Shown one piece after another: positions 8,667 to 16,707 of a DNA stretch of 64,000 bases. Within the stretch, counting starts at the first letter, position 1; every line of letters begins with the position of its first letter. A model generated the notes under the pieces. The model worked only from the letters and a program-made list of their open reading frames with translations, did not search any database and was not told where the DNA came from. The stretch comes from an uncultured Desulfovibrionaceae bacterium (GTDB lineage: Bacteria > Desulfobacterota > Desulfovibrionia > Desulfovibrionales > Desulfovibrionaceae): assembly GCA_942492085.1 (NCBI GenBank), contig CALODB010000007.1, positions 16,030 through 80,029 of the forward strand, in the 5' to 3' direction. Both the position numbers and the translations under genes were made by a program.

Positions 8667-9833
8667 CTATCCAAAGGTAATGGTATCACCATTGCCAAGA
8701 TAGGCTGTGTCTTTAGAACGGAATTGAGCGGTGCCTTCTACGACAGGGTAGCCGGCGTTAATGAACTTTTTGGCACACAACACACCCGTACAATGGTTGC
8801 AGCCAATGCGCTCAAATCCGTATTTCCCTAGGGAGATAACTAAGTCGTCATATTTTGGATCCCAGTCCTCAAACGGAGATATATGTAGACCACCGTAGAT
8901 TCCATGGAAGTTATCGTTCTCATACGCAATTTCCTGATAGGCAGTTTCTGCGAACCGGATAATGCCCTGATGGCAACAGCCGGTAACACTTACAAGTCCT
9001 TTATCTGCGATGTTGAAGTATAATGACTGTTCACCGTACACTCGGCAGATAATCGGAACAGGGAATACGTAGGTTGCAAATCCCGGTGCGACTTCAAATA
9101 ATCCGTTTTTAACGGTATGAACCTCTCCTTTGTGCCCGCAGTCCTTAATGTACTGCAGCCCTTCTTCATAAAACCCTTCAGGTATATAAATGGTTATTTC
9201 CGGATCATATTTCAATGTAACCGGCAAGCCCCAGTAATGGTCAAAGTGTTCGTGGGAAATGAACAGCGCTTCAATTTCTTTGTTCCGCAGCATGGTATCG
9301 ATGCCTTCGCGCTTAAAACACTCGTCCATCCATTTGTATGACCAGCCGGAATCCAACAGAAACTTACGCTTGTTGCCGTCCATTTCTTCCATTTCTACAA
9401 GGCAGGAGTACCCACCAGGGTTCTCTGGGTGGATGCAATTTTCTAAAATCACGTCCCACGCCTCATCAAGACGGTCAGGAAGGAACTCTTTAATCTTGGC
9501 CATACCTTCTGCATATGAACCTTTGCCGAGTCCTTTTCCATTACCGAACGGTGGCCAGTTGTAGTCGTACTGGTTTACAAGCAACCCGCCAGCTTTTTTA
9601 ATATCACCAATCAATGTGGCGTTATCAAACCAGCTTGTTTCTGAAATGTTTGTAACGTGGACAGACCGGCATACACCGATGTCTTTTTGCTTACGATCCA
9701 CCTTAGGGAACATTTCTTTACGGGCATCAGAATATGAATACATACCCATGGCTGCAAATACACCAACACCAACACCTGTTGCTGCGCCTTTTAAAAAGTC
9801 ACGGCGTTTTACTTCTTTCTTTTCAGTAGTCAT
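8667..9833 (-). CDS. Tat-exported metallo-beta-lactamase-fold protein (COG1237-like)
   Basis: Twin-arginine signal (KRRDFLKGAATGVGVGVFA). MBL motif HEHFDH, plus downstream GCCHQG, GGLH and NHCTG motifs typical of the COG1237 branch of the MBL superfamily. Confidence 0.75.
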   Translation of the reverse strand: MTTEKKEVKRRDFLKGAATGVGVGVFAAMGMYSYSDARKEMFPKVDRKQKDIGVCRSVHVTNISETSWFDNATLIGDIKKAGGLLVNQYDYNWPPFGNGKGLGKGSYAEGMAKIKEFLPDRLDEAWDVILENCIHPENPGGYSCLVEMEEMDGNKRKFLLDSGWSYKWMDECFKREGIDTMLRNKEIEALFISHEHFDHYWGLPVTLKYDPEITIYIPEGFYEEGLQYIKDCGHKGEVHTVKNGLFEVAPGFATYVFPVPIICRVYGEQSLYFNIADKGLVSVTGCCHQGIIRFAETAYQEIAYENDNFHGIYGGLHISPFEDWDPKYDDLVISLGKYGFERIGCNHCTGVLCAKKFINAGYPVVEGTAQFRSKDTAYLGNGDTITFG

Positions 9834-9852
9834 GACAGATATCTCCCTTGTA

Positions 9853-11265
9853 CTACTTTAGAATATCAACGGCTGCATACAGGCCCGGAAGCGCGTAGAT
9901 GGTAAACACATAGAATGCTACCCCTGCGAGCGCGCCCATACCCAATCCGGCACCGAGACTTGGAGACCAGCGCACATCATCAATTTCTGCCTGACGCGCT
10001 GCATGATCTGCTTCAATTTCTTCCACAGTTTTCGGAACCATTTTCCAGCCTGGCCAGTTGTCCATAAACCAGTGGTTTACGAGCCAAATGTTAACAAGCC
10101 AGATCATAGGAATCATAGGGAACTGCTGCGGATGCGAGAACCCTTTCTGAGTTCCGAGGAACAAGTGTGAAACTTTGTAGTAGCCGATGTACAGTGCAAT
10201 TGTTGCGACCAACGTAATAATAGTCCGCAGAAGCACGTTTACAGGCATACTGAATTTGTTTGGCCAGTTACCGCAGTAGAAATGAAGGAACAAAGCCGGA
10301 ACAAGGAAGAAGATAGCCATTTCGCCTACGTGCAACCAACGCCAATCCGGTGCAAAAGCACGACGGGTACCGCGAATAGCCTCACCCCATGTCAGTTCCT
10401 GTGCAAAGTACAAGAAGAAGTGCATGGCAAGAGAAATAGCAATGATACCGAAGAATAACGCGAAGCGTCGTAACCACGGATTACGGATAAGATTAAACGG
10501 GTAACGCTGCCAGATGGTTTCAACCAGCCAAACAACAACCGTACAACACATAATCCATGAAACATGGAAGTTACCGGAAACAGTATCAGCAAACTTTTCC
10601 CAGTATGGCGGTGCAATAGATGTAAAAGACTGCCAAGGATGATAGAGAATACCCATGTGTGGGTGCATGGTTACAAAGTACACAATGGTTGAGAGAAAGA
10701 AGGTGCAGATAAGCATACTGAACCCTTTTGCAGGCTGCGGTAGTTTACTCCACGGCTCTTCTTCCATTGCAACAACCCATGCAGGACTAAGCCATGATGC
10801 AATAGCTGCAAACATGAGAATCGCCAGACAAGAGTATTCTACTGCAAAAAATTCTGTGATTCCGGGGAGCTTTACCAGCTGTTCCGGATTAAAGTATGCA
10901 AGCCCGTAGTTGCCGAGCAAGCCTTCAAAAAATCCCTTAATGAGGATATACAGCACACCCACAGATACCGCACTGAGCACGATCCCTTTGGTGAGCGGGT
11001 GAGTCGATTCCAACCATTTGCGTTTAAACGGCCAGAAGTTGAACAAGTACACCATCCAGATCATAACAATCAGCCACCAGCGTGTGTACATGTATCCAAC
11101 ATACGGAGTATACATGCGCAGAACACCACGTGGATCATGGAAAAACCACCACGTGGCGTAAAACATGATCAACGTAAACAGTAGATTAAGCAGAGCTGGG
11201 GTTGGTCCAGACCACCGTTTTACAAGCTTTCGCTCTTCTAGATAATTAGTCCCGTACCGTTCCAT
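9853..11265 (-). CDS. Trp-rich polytopic integral membrane protein (470 aa, roughly 12 hydrophobic segments), unknown family
   Basis: Long ORF, strongly hydrophobic throughout, with many W/F/Y clusters (TWWFF, RWWLIVMIWMV, NIWLVNHWFMDNWPGW). It ends 19 nt before the MBL gene start. Confidence 0.7.
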   Translation of the reverse strand: MERYGTNYLEERKLVKRWSGPTPALLNLLFTLIMFYATWWFFHDPRGVLRMYTPYVGYMYTRWWLIVMIWMVYLFNFWPFKRKWLESTHPLTKGIVLSAVSVGVLYILIKGFFEGLLGNYGLAYFNPEQLVKLPGITEFFAVEYSCLAILMFAAIASWLSPAWVVAMEEEPWSKLPQPAKGFSMLICTFFLSTIVYFVTMHPHMGILYHPWQSFTSIAPPYWEKFADTVSGNFHVSWIMCCTVVVWLVETIWQRYPFNLIRNPWLRRFALFFGIIAISLAMHFFLYFAQELTWGEAIRGTRRAFAPDWRWLHVGEMAIFFLVPALFLHFYCGNWPNKFSMPVNVLLRTIITLVATIALYIGYYKVSHLFLGTQKGFSHPQQFPMIPMIWLVNIWLVNHWFMDNWPGWKMVPKTVEEIEADHAARQAEIDDVRWSPSLGAGLGMGALAGVAFYVFTIYALPGLYAAVDILK

Positions 11266-11315
11266 TAGCGACCTCCTATTCCCTTGCGGAATGCATTTGT
11301 TCTATCAACAAGACT

Positions 11316-11564
11316 CTATGAAGAATTTTTGCAGCTTTCCAAGGCAGCTTGAATAGCTCGACACACCTCGTCGCTATCAGCATCTGGCGATAGCCCCAGT
11401 CGTTCTGCTTCCATCGCAAGCAACTCGGCTGGAAACTCGCTGAAAAGCTCTGTACTGACTTCAGTAGAGTCCGGATGTTCATTCACAATATCAACCGGTG
11501 TCTCATCAACGGATGATGCAAATGTAAATGGTGCAGAGAGGAATCCCCTTCTGGTCAACTTCAT
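11316..11564 (-). CDS. Small acidic protein (82 aa) with twin-arginine signal-like N-terminus
   Basis: The ATG at 11564 forms an ATGA overlap with the GntR stop codon. N-terminus is MKLTRRGFLSAPFTFASS; the remainder is acidic (D/E/S-rich). The longer 103-aa ORF version lacks support. Confidence 0.55.
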   Translation of the reverse strand: MKLTRRGFLSAPFTFASSVDETPVDIVNEHPDSTEVSTELFSEFPAELLAMEAERLGLSPDADSDEVCRAIQAALESCKNSS

Positions 11565-12295
11565 GACCAATCCCCCCCATACTCCTGCATTGCAGCAAAA
11601 ACCAAATCTGTCGCCTTCACGTTGCAATGCCCTTCGGCAGCGTGTGAAAAAAACAAAACATACTTTTTCATTATCTCAGCAGCGCGCCCCCCATCCCGTT
11701 CGCGCAGTGCATGAATTAACTTCACATGAGATGCGAACAACTTGTCCCGTTGTTCCTGCGTTAATCTGGTAATCATTGTCCCCAACAAATCTGAATAAGC
11801 AAAAAGGTGTTCAACAACCGTCACCAAGTATTGGTTATTGGTACCTTGCGCTAAGATACGGAAAAAACTCAGCACATCATCATAGATCATAGGAGTAGCA
11901 CCGGACAGCAGGCTACGAGATATCGCAATGTTTGCCTGCTGCAATTTATCAATCAACCGCACCCCTATATTCTCTGCACTCTGTGCCGCAACAATGGGAA
12001 GTATCAAATACGAACTCTCATTTCGTTCTGCCATTTGCCTTTCAGAGTCATGGCCGCTTGATTCCTGTACATCTTCAAATTCGAGTAAACATGTATGCAA
12101 AAAGGTACCGCTACCTTTCCGAATGGAAACAAGTCTGCATGCTTCAAGCTTGTGCAAAACATTCCTCAACGTATTTCGGGAGACTCCCAGAAGTGGTGCA
12201 AGCACTCTTTCCGGTGGCAAGCGGTCTCCGGGCTGAAGATTACGTTCATGCACAATGGTTGATAGCTTTTTCAATAACTCCTGATAACCTTTCAC
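11561..12295 (-). CDS. GntR-family transcriptional regulator (FadR/FCD subfamily)
   Basis: N-terminal winged HTH (GDRLPPERVLAPLLGVSRNTLRNVLHKLE) followed by an all-helical FCD-like ligand domain. Confidence 0.85.
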   Translation of the reverse strand: MKGYQELLKKLSTIVHERNLQPGDRLPPERVLAPLLGVSRNTLRNVLHKLEACRLVSIRKGSGTFLHTCLLEFEDVQESSGHDSERQMAERNESSYLILPIVAAQSAENIGVRLIDKLQQANIAISRSLLSGATPMIYDDVLSFFRILAQGTNNQYLVTVVEHLFAYSDLLGTMITRLTQEQRDKLFASHVKLIHALRERDGGRAAEIMKKYVLFFSHAAEGHCNVKATDLVFAAMQEYGGDWS

Positions 12296-12455
12296 AGTCC
12301 CTCCAGCAAAGATTCTGCTGTATTGCTACAGGTTAGAGTAAGTTGGTAATTACATGCGTCAAAAATCAATAACAATAAAAAGTGTTTTTTTATTCTACTA
12401 TTGACCCAATCTAATCAATTTGTAACCCAAAAAGATAATTGGGTGAGCCAATTAT

Positions 12456-12492
12456 AATAAAAAACCACCCTAACTCTCGTTAGGGTGGTTTA
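12456..12492 (-). terminator. Rho-independent terminator of the PAS/GAF-like gene
   Basis: Perfect stem AACCACCCTAAC (12463-12474) / GTTAGGGTGGTT (12479-12490). T-run on the minus strand (plus-strand A-run 12458-12464). Confidence 0.85.
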
Positions 12493-12532
12493 ATTGTGGG
12501 TCATTTATCACAAACCCGATATATTTGATCGA

Positions 12533-13492
12533 CTATATTCTGGCGCGATCCTGCCTACGCCAAGGACGTGCAACCTTCATGAAAGGCTCTAAAATATCAT
12601 CATACGAATCAATCAACTTATCTTTGAATCTGGCTGTCTTTTTAGAACAGACAATTACCACACTACGCAGCACTCCCCGTACATAATACGGCTTGGCATA
12701 GTAGGAGCGAATACCACGCGGAACAAACAACGCCCAGTCGATGGGCTTAATGCTGTCCAATGTATCATCCACAATAAGATAATTAAGATTGTACCGTTCA
12801 ATATCTTGAGCGATTGTTCCCTTGTATGGATAAATTTCTCCCTGAATAGCACCTTCAAAAACTTTACCGCTATAGTACACGCTTACTTTGTTTTTTCGAG
12901 TCTGCACATCTGAAAACAGCAACCCATCTATATGCTCCTGCTTATGCAGCTGTTCATACATGGCCGTTAATGACTCAGAAATATTGATTTCATATTGAGT
13001 TCCGGTTGGCACCACAACTGCCGCCGGCTTATCTTCCTTCAAAACACCTTGTGCACCTTCGACAAGCTCTTCTTCAGCTATTCTAGTCACCACTGCGGCA
13101 GTGTCTGTAACATCGCTTAATGTGCCGTGATAATAATTGGGGTCGCAAGAACTACGCGTGCCAATAAGCTTAAGCCACATGAGCACACCAGATTTATTGA
13201 TAACACGAAAAACCGTTGAAGCGCTTTTGCGCTCTTTCATTTTATCAAAAAAAGCATCTACCCGCCCTTTTTCACCAGGCAACAACAACTCATCCCTAAA
13301 GGATATATTCTTCATAAAAAGTGAAGTATCCTCACCTAACCCTTCGATGACGAATTCATTCAAAATCTCAATTCGAGAACGGGGGATCTCAACTCTCCAT
13401 AGCAATGCCTGAAAATCGTCCACAAAACATAACAGTTCCTGATCTGATATATTTGCTATGGTTCTGATACACCCATTTTTTTTCTGATACAT
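12533..13492 (-). CDS. Hypothetical sensor-like protein (PAS-like N-terminal half, GAF-like C-terminal half, no output domain)
   Basis: Long ORF. The PAS-like call rests on the pattern VFRVINKSGVLMWLKLIGTRS...YHGTLSDVTD. The start is uncertain: ATG at 13492, or a TTG-initiated ORF reaching 13540. Confidence 0.5.
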   Translation of the reverse strand: MYQKKNGCIRTIANISDQELLCFVDDFQALLWRVEIPRSRIEILNEFVIEGLGEDTSLFMKNISFRDELLLPGEKGRVDAFFDKMKERKSASTVFRVINKSGVLMWLKLIGTRSSCDPNYYHGTLSDVTDTAAVVTRIAEEELVEGAQGVLKEDKPAAVVVPTGTQYEINISESLTAMYEQLHKQEHIDGLLFSDVQTRKNKVSVYYSGKVFEGAIQGEIYPYKGTIAQDIERYNLNYLIVDDTLDSIKPIDWALFVPRGIRSYYAKPYYVRGVLRSVVIVCSKKTARFKDKLIDSYDDILEPFMKVARPWRRQDRARI

Positions 13493-13883
13493 GCTCAATC
13501 CGTCTTTAAAAAATGCGAGTTGGTGAAACAATATGTCCAAGGGGCAAAGATATGAAGCTCTCTATACAAATTGCAAGCTCTAAAAAAATAAGTTCTTACT
13601 TCTTTCTTTAATAAAAACAACACGCTGTTTTTAAAATAAAAAAATAAAATGTAAACAGTCAATTTATATTATTGATATAACAACATATGACATAACAAGG
13701 AATATATACGTGCAAATTTATTGCACGCTTCACATTATAGCTCTGGTACTTTTCAACTAGAAAATTTCTTTACAAAGAAAATCTTATAAATTCCCAATCG
13801 GTAACAATCTTCCATAAAACGTCACACTTTCCTTACCAGCTTGACATAATGGAGCTTCTATGTCGGATTATGAATGTCTTTTT

Positions 13884-15028
13884 GCTGCGGATTGTAATTT
13901 GAATTTTAACACCCTGATCAAATGAAGGCTTAAAAAAAGAAGCCCCATGATATGTTGTCCTTACACAAAAAAACTCCACAATGGAGGGACAGCAAGCATG
14001 GGGCACAAACAGATTACATTTGATGAACGAAAAATACTAGAAAGATTACGAGCTCAGAAATTGAGTATGGGCTTTTGTGCGAAAGCACTTGGACGATCTG
14101 TGGCTGCCATTTCGTTAGAGATCAAAAAAGGCAGCAAGAACATGGATCGCTATGGACGGTATTGTGCTGAATTGGCTCAACGAAGGACTGTCTTACGTAG
14201 AAGGCGAGCACGACGAAAAGGCAAAAATTATCCGGATGAGTTACTTAGCTATGTGCGCAAAAATCTGTGTAACTACTGGTCTCCAGAGCAAATTGAGGGA
14301 CGCCTATGCGTGGATTATCCGAATAACCCAGCGATGCGGATTTCCTTTAAAACGCTTTATAGATGGCTGCAGGCTGGTACTTTTTCTACAGTCCCTCATC
14401 CTTGGAAAGGATATGCGAGATACCTCAGACTAAAGCGTGGCGGCAAAAGCTTTAAGAGGAATTGGCAAGAGCAACGGGGACGAAAAAAAGGACTACCGAG
14501 TATTGAAGAGCGTCCTACCAGCGCAAACAAACGCAGCAGGTTTGGAGACTGGGAAGGAGATTTGATTCGGGGCTTCAAAGGGCAAGGTTACATCGCAACT
14601 TTAGTTGAAAGAAAGACAGGACTTCTCGTGGCAGCTCCGTGCGCGAGTAAACATGCTGAAGTCGTTAACATGTCTATTGTTGAGGCATTACAGGGCGTCC
14701 CAAACGACCAGATTAAAACGATCACGTTTGATCGTGGAAAAGAATTTTATGGATATGAAGCGTTAAGCAAGAAACTGAAAACGAAAATTTACTTTTGTCA
14801 TCCTCACTGTCCAAATGAACGGGGGCAAAACGAACAGGCTAACGGCCTGTTAAGACAGTTTTTTCCAAAACGAAAACCACTAAATACGGTTACGCCTGAA
14901 CAAATAAATAGGGCAGTTGCTTTAATAAACAACCGCCCCAAAAAGAAAATTAACTATTGGACAACAATGGAGCTCTTAGAAAAGCTCGAATTGAATCAAG
15001 TGTTAAAATTGGCGTGACAATCTGCGGC
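13884..15028 (+). mobile_element. IS30-family insertion sequence (about 1.15 kb)
   Basis: Single transposase ORF flanked by imperfect terminal inverted repeats: GCTGCGGATTGTAATTTGAATTTTAACAC (13884-13912) versus the reverse complement of 15000-15028, GCCGCAGATTGTCACGCCAATTTTAACAC (about 21 of 29 identical). The right IR overlaps the transposase 3-prime end, as is typical for IS30. Confidence 0.8.
13998..15017 (+). CDS. IS30-family DDE transposase
   Basis: GGAGG lies 9 nt upstream of the ATG at 13998. N-terminal HTH; catalytic-core motifs WEGDLI, TFDRGKEF, ERGQNEQANGLLRQFFPK. Confidence 0.88.
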   Translation: MGHKQITFDERKILERLRAQKLSMGFCAKALGRSVAAISLEIKKGSKNMDRYGRYCAELAQRRTVLRRRRARRKGKNYPDELLSYVRKNLCNYWSPEQIEGRLCVDYPNNPAMRISFKTLYRWLQAGTFSTVPHPWKGYARYLRLKRGGKSFKRNWQEQRGRKKGLPSIEERPTSANKRSRFGDWEGDLIRGFKGQGYIATLVERKTGLLVAAPCASKHAEVVNMSIVEALQGVPNDQIKTITFDRGKEFYGYEALSKKLKTKIYFCHPHCPNERGQNEQANGLLRQFFPKRKPLNTVTPEQINRAVALINNRPKKKINYWTTMELLEKLELNQVLKLA

Positions 15029-15109
15029 ACTGAATTTCCATACCAAACATTACAACCAAAAACTTGATCACTTTTTAGGTACAACCAACAAGACCTCAGC
15101 GAGATAATT

Positions 15110-15811
15110 ATGCACTCCCCATTACTAGAAACACAAACCGGCACGCACAACAATATGCCGGCGTTAACATTTAAGAACGTCAGCTTCACATGGCCGGGTG
15201 GAGCCGGACTGCACAACGTTTCATTCACTATTCCGAAGGGACAATTTGTTCTCATTTCCGGCGCATCAGGATCAGGAAAATCAACACTCTTACGGCTTGC
15301 TGTCCGTCTCGAAGAAGCCTGTGCTGGGGAAATACTATTACGCGGTATTCCAATTACATCATTCTACCCCCCCACCTTGCGTACACATATAGGGTTCGTA
15401 CAACAGCAGCCGACACTCGTTTCAGGCTCTGTACGTCAAAACCTACTCTTTCCATTTGCACTACACAGCAGAAAAAACTGCGTGCAGCCAGAAGAGGAAG
15501 TACTTATTCAATGGCTTAAAAAATTAGCACTGGATAAGATTTCACTGGATACTCCTGCCGAAACGTTATCAGTCGGGCAACAACAACGACTCTGTTTCAT
15601 TCGTGCAGTACTGACCAATCCGGACGTAATCTGCTTTGACGAACCCACAAGCTCTCTTGACCGTGAAAGCAGAGAATGCGTTGAACATGCAGCCGAAGAA
15701 CTGGTACAACAAGGAACATCAACCATAATGGTGAACCACACCAGTTACCATCCAGCCTGCCCGCATATGCATATTTCCGTTGCAGACGGCACTGTGAGTA
15801 TACTCCCATGA
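15110..15811 (+). CDS. fetA: ABC transporter ATP-binding protein, FetA (YbbL)-like
   Basis: Walker A GASGSGKST, signature LSVGQQQR, Walker [12 protein letters not shown]. It overlaps the downstream FetB-like permease gene by 4 nt. The start could instead be the ATG at 15155. Confidence 0.8.
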   Translation: MHSPLLETQTGTHNNMPALTFKNVSFTWPGGAGLHNVSFTIPKGQFVLISGASGSGKSTLLRLAVRLEEACAGEILLRGIPITSFYPPTLRTHIGFVQQQPTLVSGSVRQNLLFPFALHSRKNCVQPEEEVLIQWLKKLALDKISLDTPAETLSVGQQQRLCFIRAVLTNPDVICFDEPTSSLDRESRECVEHAAEELVQQGTSTIMVNHTSYHPACPHMHISVADGTVSILP

Positions 15812-16602
15812 CATCATTCATCTCCATATCATGGATACAGCTTCTCATAGCTCTCGGGCTTGTAAGTATATCCGCAGCAGCATCACTGTATTATCATTTG
15901 AAGCTTGAGCGCGACTTGTTTGTAGGCGTAATCCGCACCTTCGCCCAATTACTGGCAATGGGATACTTGCTGAACATCCTGTTCGGTCTCAACAACGCAT
16001 TCCTTGTACTGACAGTCTATGCCATTATGACATTCATCTCCGTGCATATTGTCTACGGGCGTGTGAAAGAAAAGCAAGTGGCCTACTTTGCTCCTACAAC
16101 TCTTGCCGTAATGATCAGCTACACACTCATCACAATTCTTGTTACGAAGATTATTATCGGTGCAGATCCTTGGTGGAGCCCGCAATACTTTATTCCTATT
16201 GGTGGAATGGTGACTGGTAACTCCATGAATGCCCTATCCCTCACCTTGGAACGATTCTTTTCAGAGCTACGCTCAAAGCGAGATCAAGTTGAAATGTATC
16301 TATGTCATGGCGCAGACTACAAAGAAGCCACAGAAGAAATTTTCCGCACATCACTTCGAGCCGGTATGATTCCGGCAATCAACTCTATGATGAGCGTCGG
16401 ACTGGTTTCCATTCCCGGCATGATGACCGGTCAAATCCTTGCCGGAATTGATCCACAGGAAGCTGTGCGCTATCAGATCGTCGTCATGCTTATGATTGTC
16501 GGATCAACAGCCCTTGCGTCAATTCTGGTATTATTACTGGTTCGCAAACGTTGCTTCACTTCAGCTATGACACTTATACTTACGAAACACATACCTTTAT
16601 AA
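15808..16602 (+). CDS. fetB: FetB (YbbM, UPF0014) family iron-export ABC permease
   Basis: VGLVSIPGMMTGQILAGIDPQEAVRYQIVVM closely matches the conserved E. coli YbbM segment VGLVSLPGMMSGLIFAGIDPVKAIKYQIMV as I recall it. Size and TM pattern also fit. Confidence 0.85.
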   Translation: MTSFISISWIQLLIALGLVSISAAASLYYHLKLERDLFVGVIRTFAQLLAMGYLLNILFGLNNAFLVLTVYAIMTFISVHIVYGRVKEKQVAYFAPTTLAVMISYTLITILVTKIIIGADPWWSPQYFIPIGGMVTGNSMNALSLTLERFFSELRSKRDQVEMYLCHGADYKEATEEIFRTSLRAGMIPAINSMMSVGLVSIPGMMTGQILAGIDPQEAVRYQIVVMLMIVGSTALASILVLLLVRKRCFTSAMTLILTKHIPL

Positions 16603-16651
16603 TCTTCATTGTGCGTACCGCAAAATTACATCCAGCAGTCTTGCCCACAGA

Positions 16652-16690
16652 CAAAAAAAGAGCCTGACACCAATGTGTCAGGCTCTTTCA
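16652..16690. terminator. Bidirectional terminator between fetB and the MCP gene
   Basis: Stem AGAGCCTGACAC (16659-16670) / GTGTCAGGCTCT (16675-16686). A-run upstream, TTT downstream. Confidence 0.8.
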
Positions 16691-16707
16691 ATAGCAGTGT
16701 TTACCGT

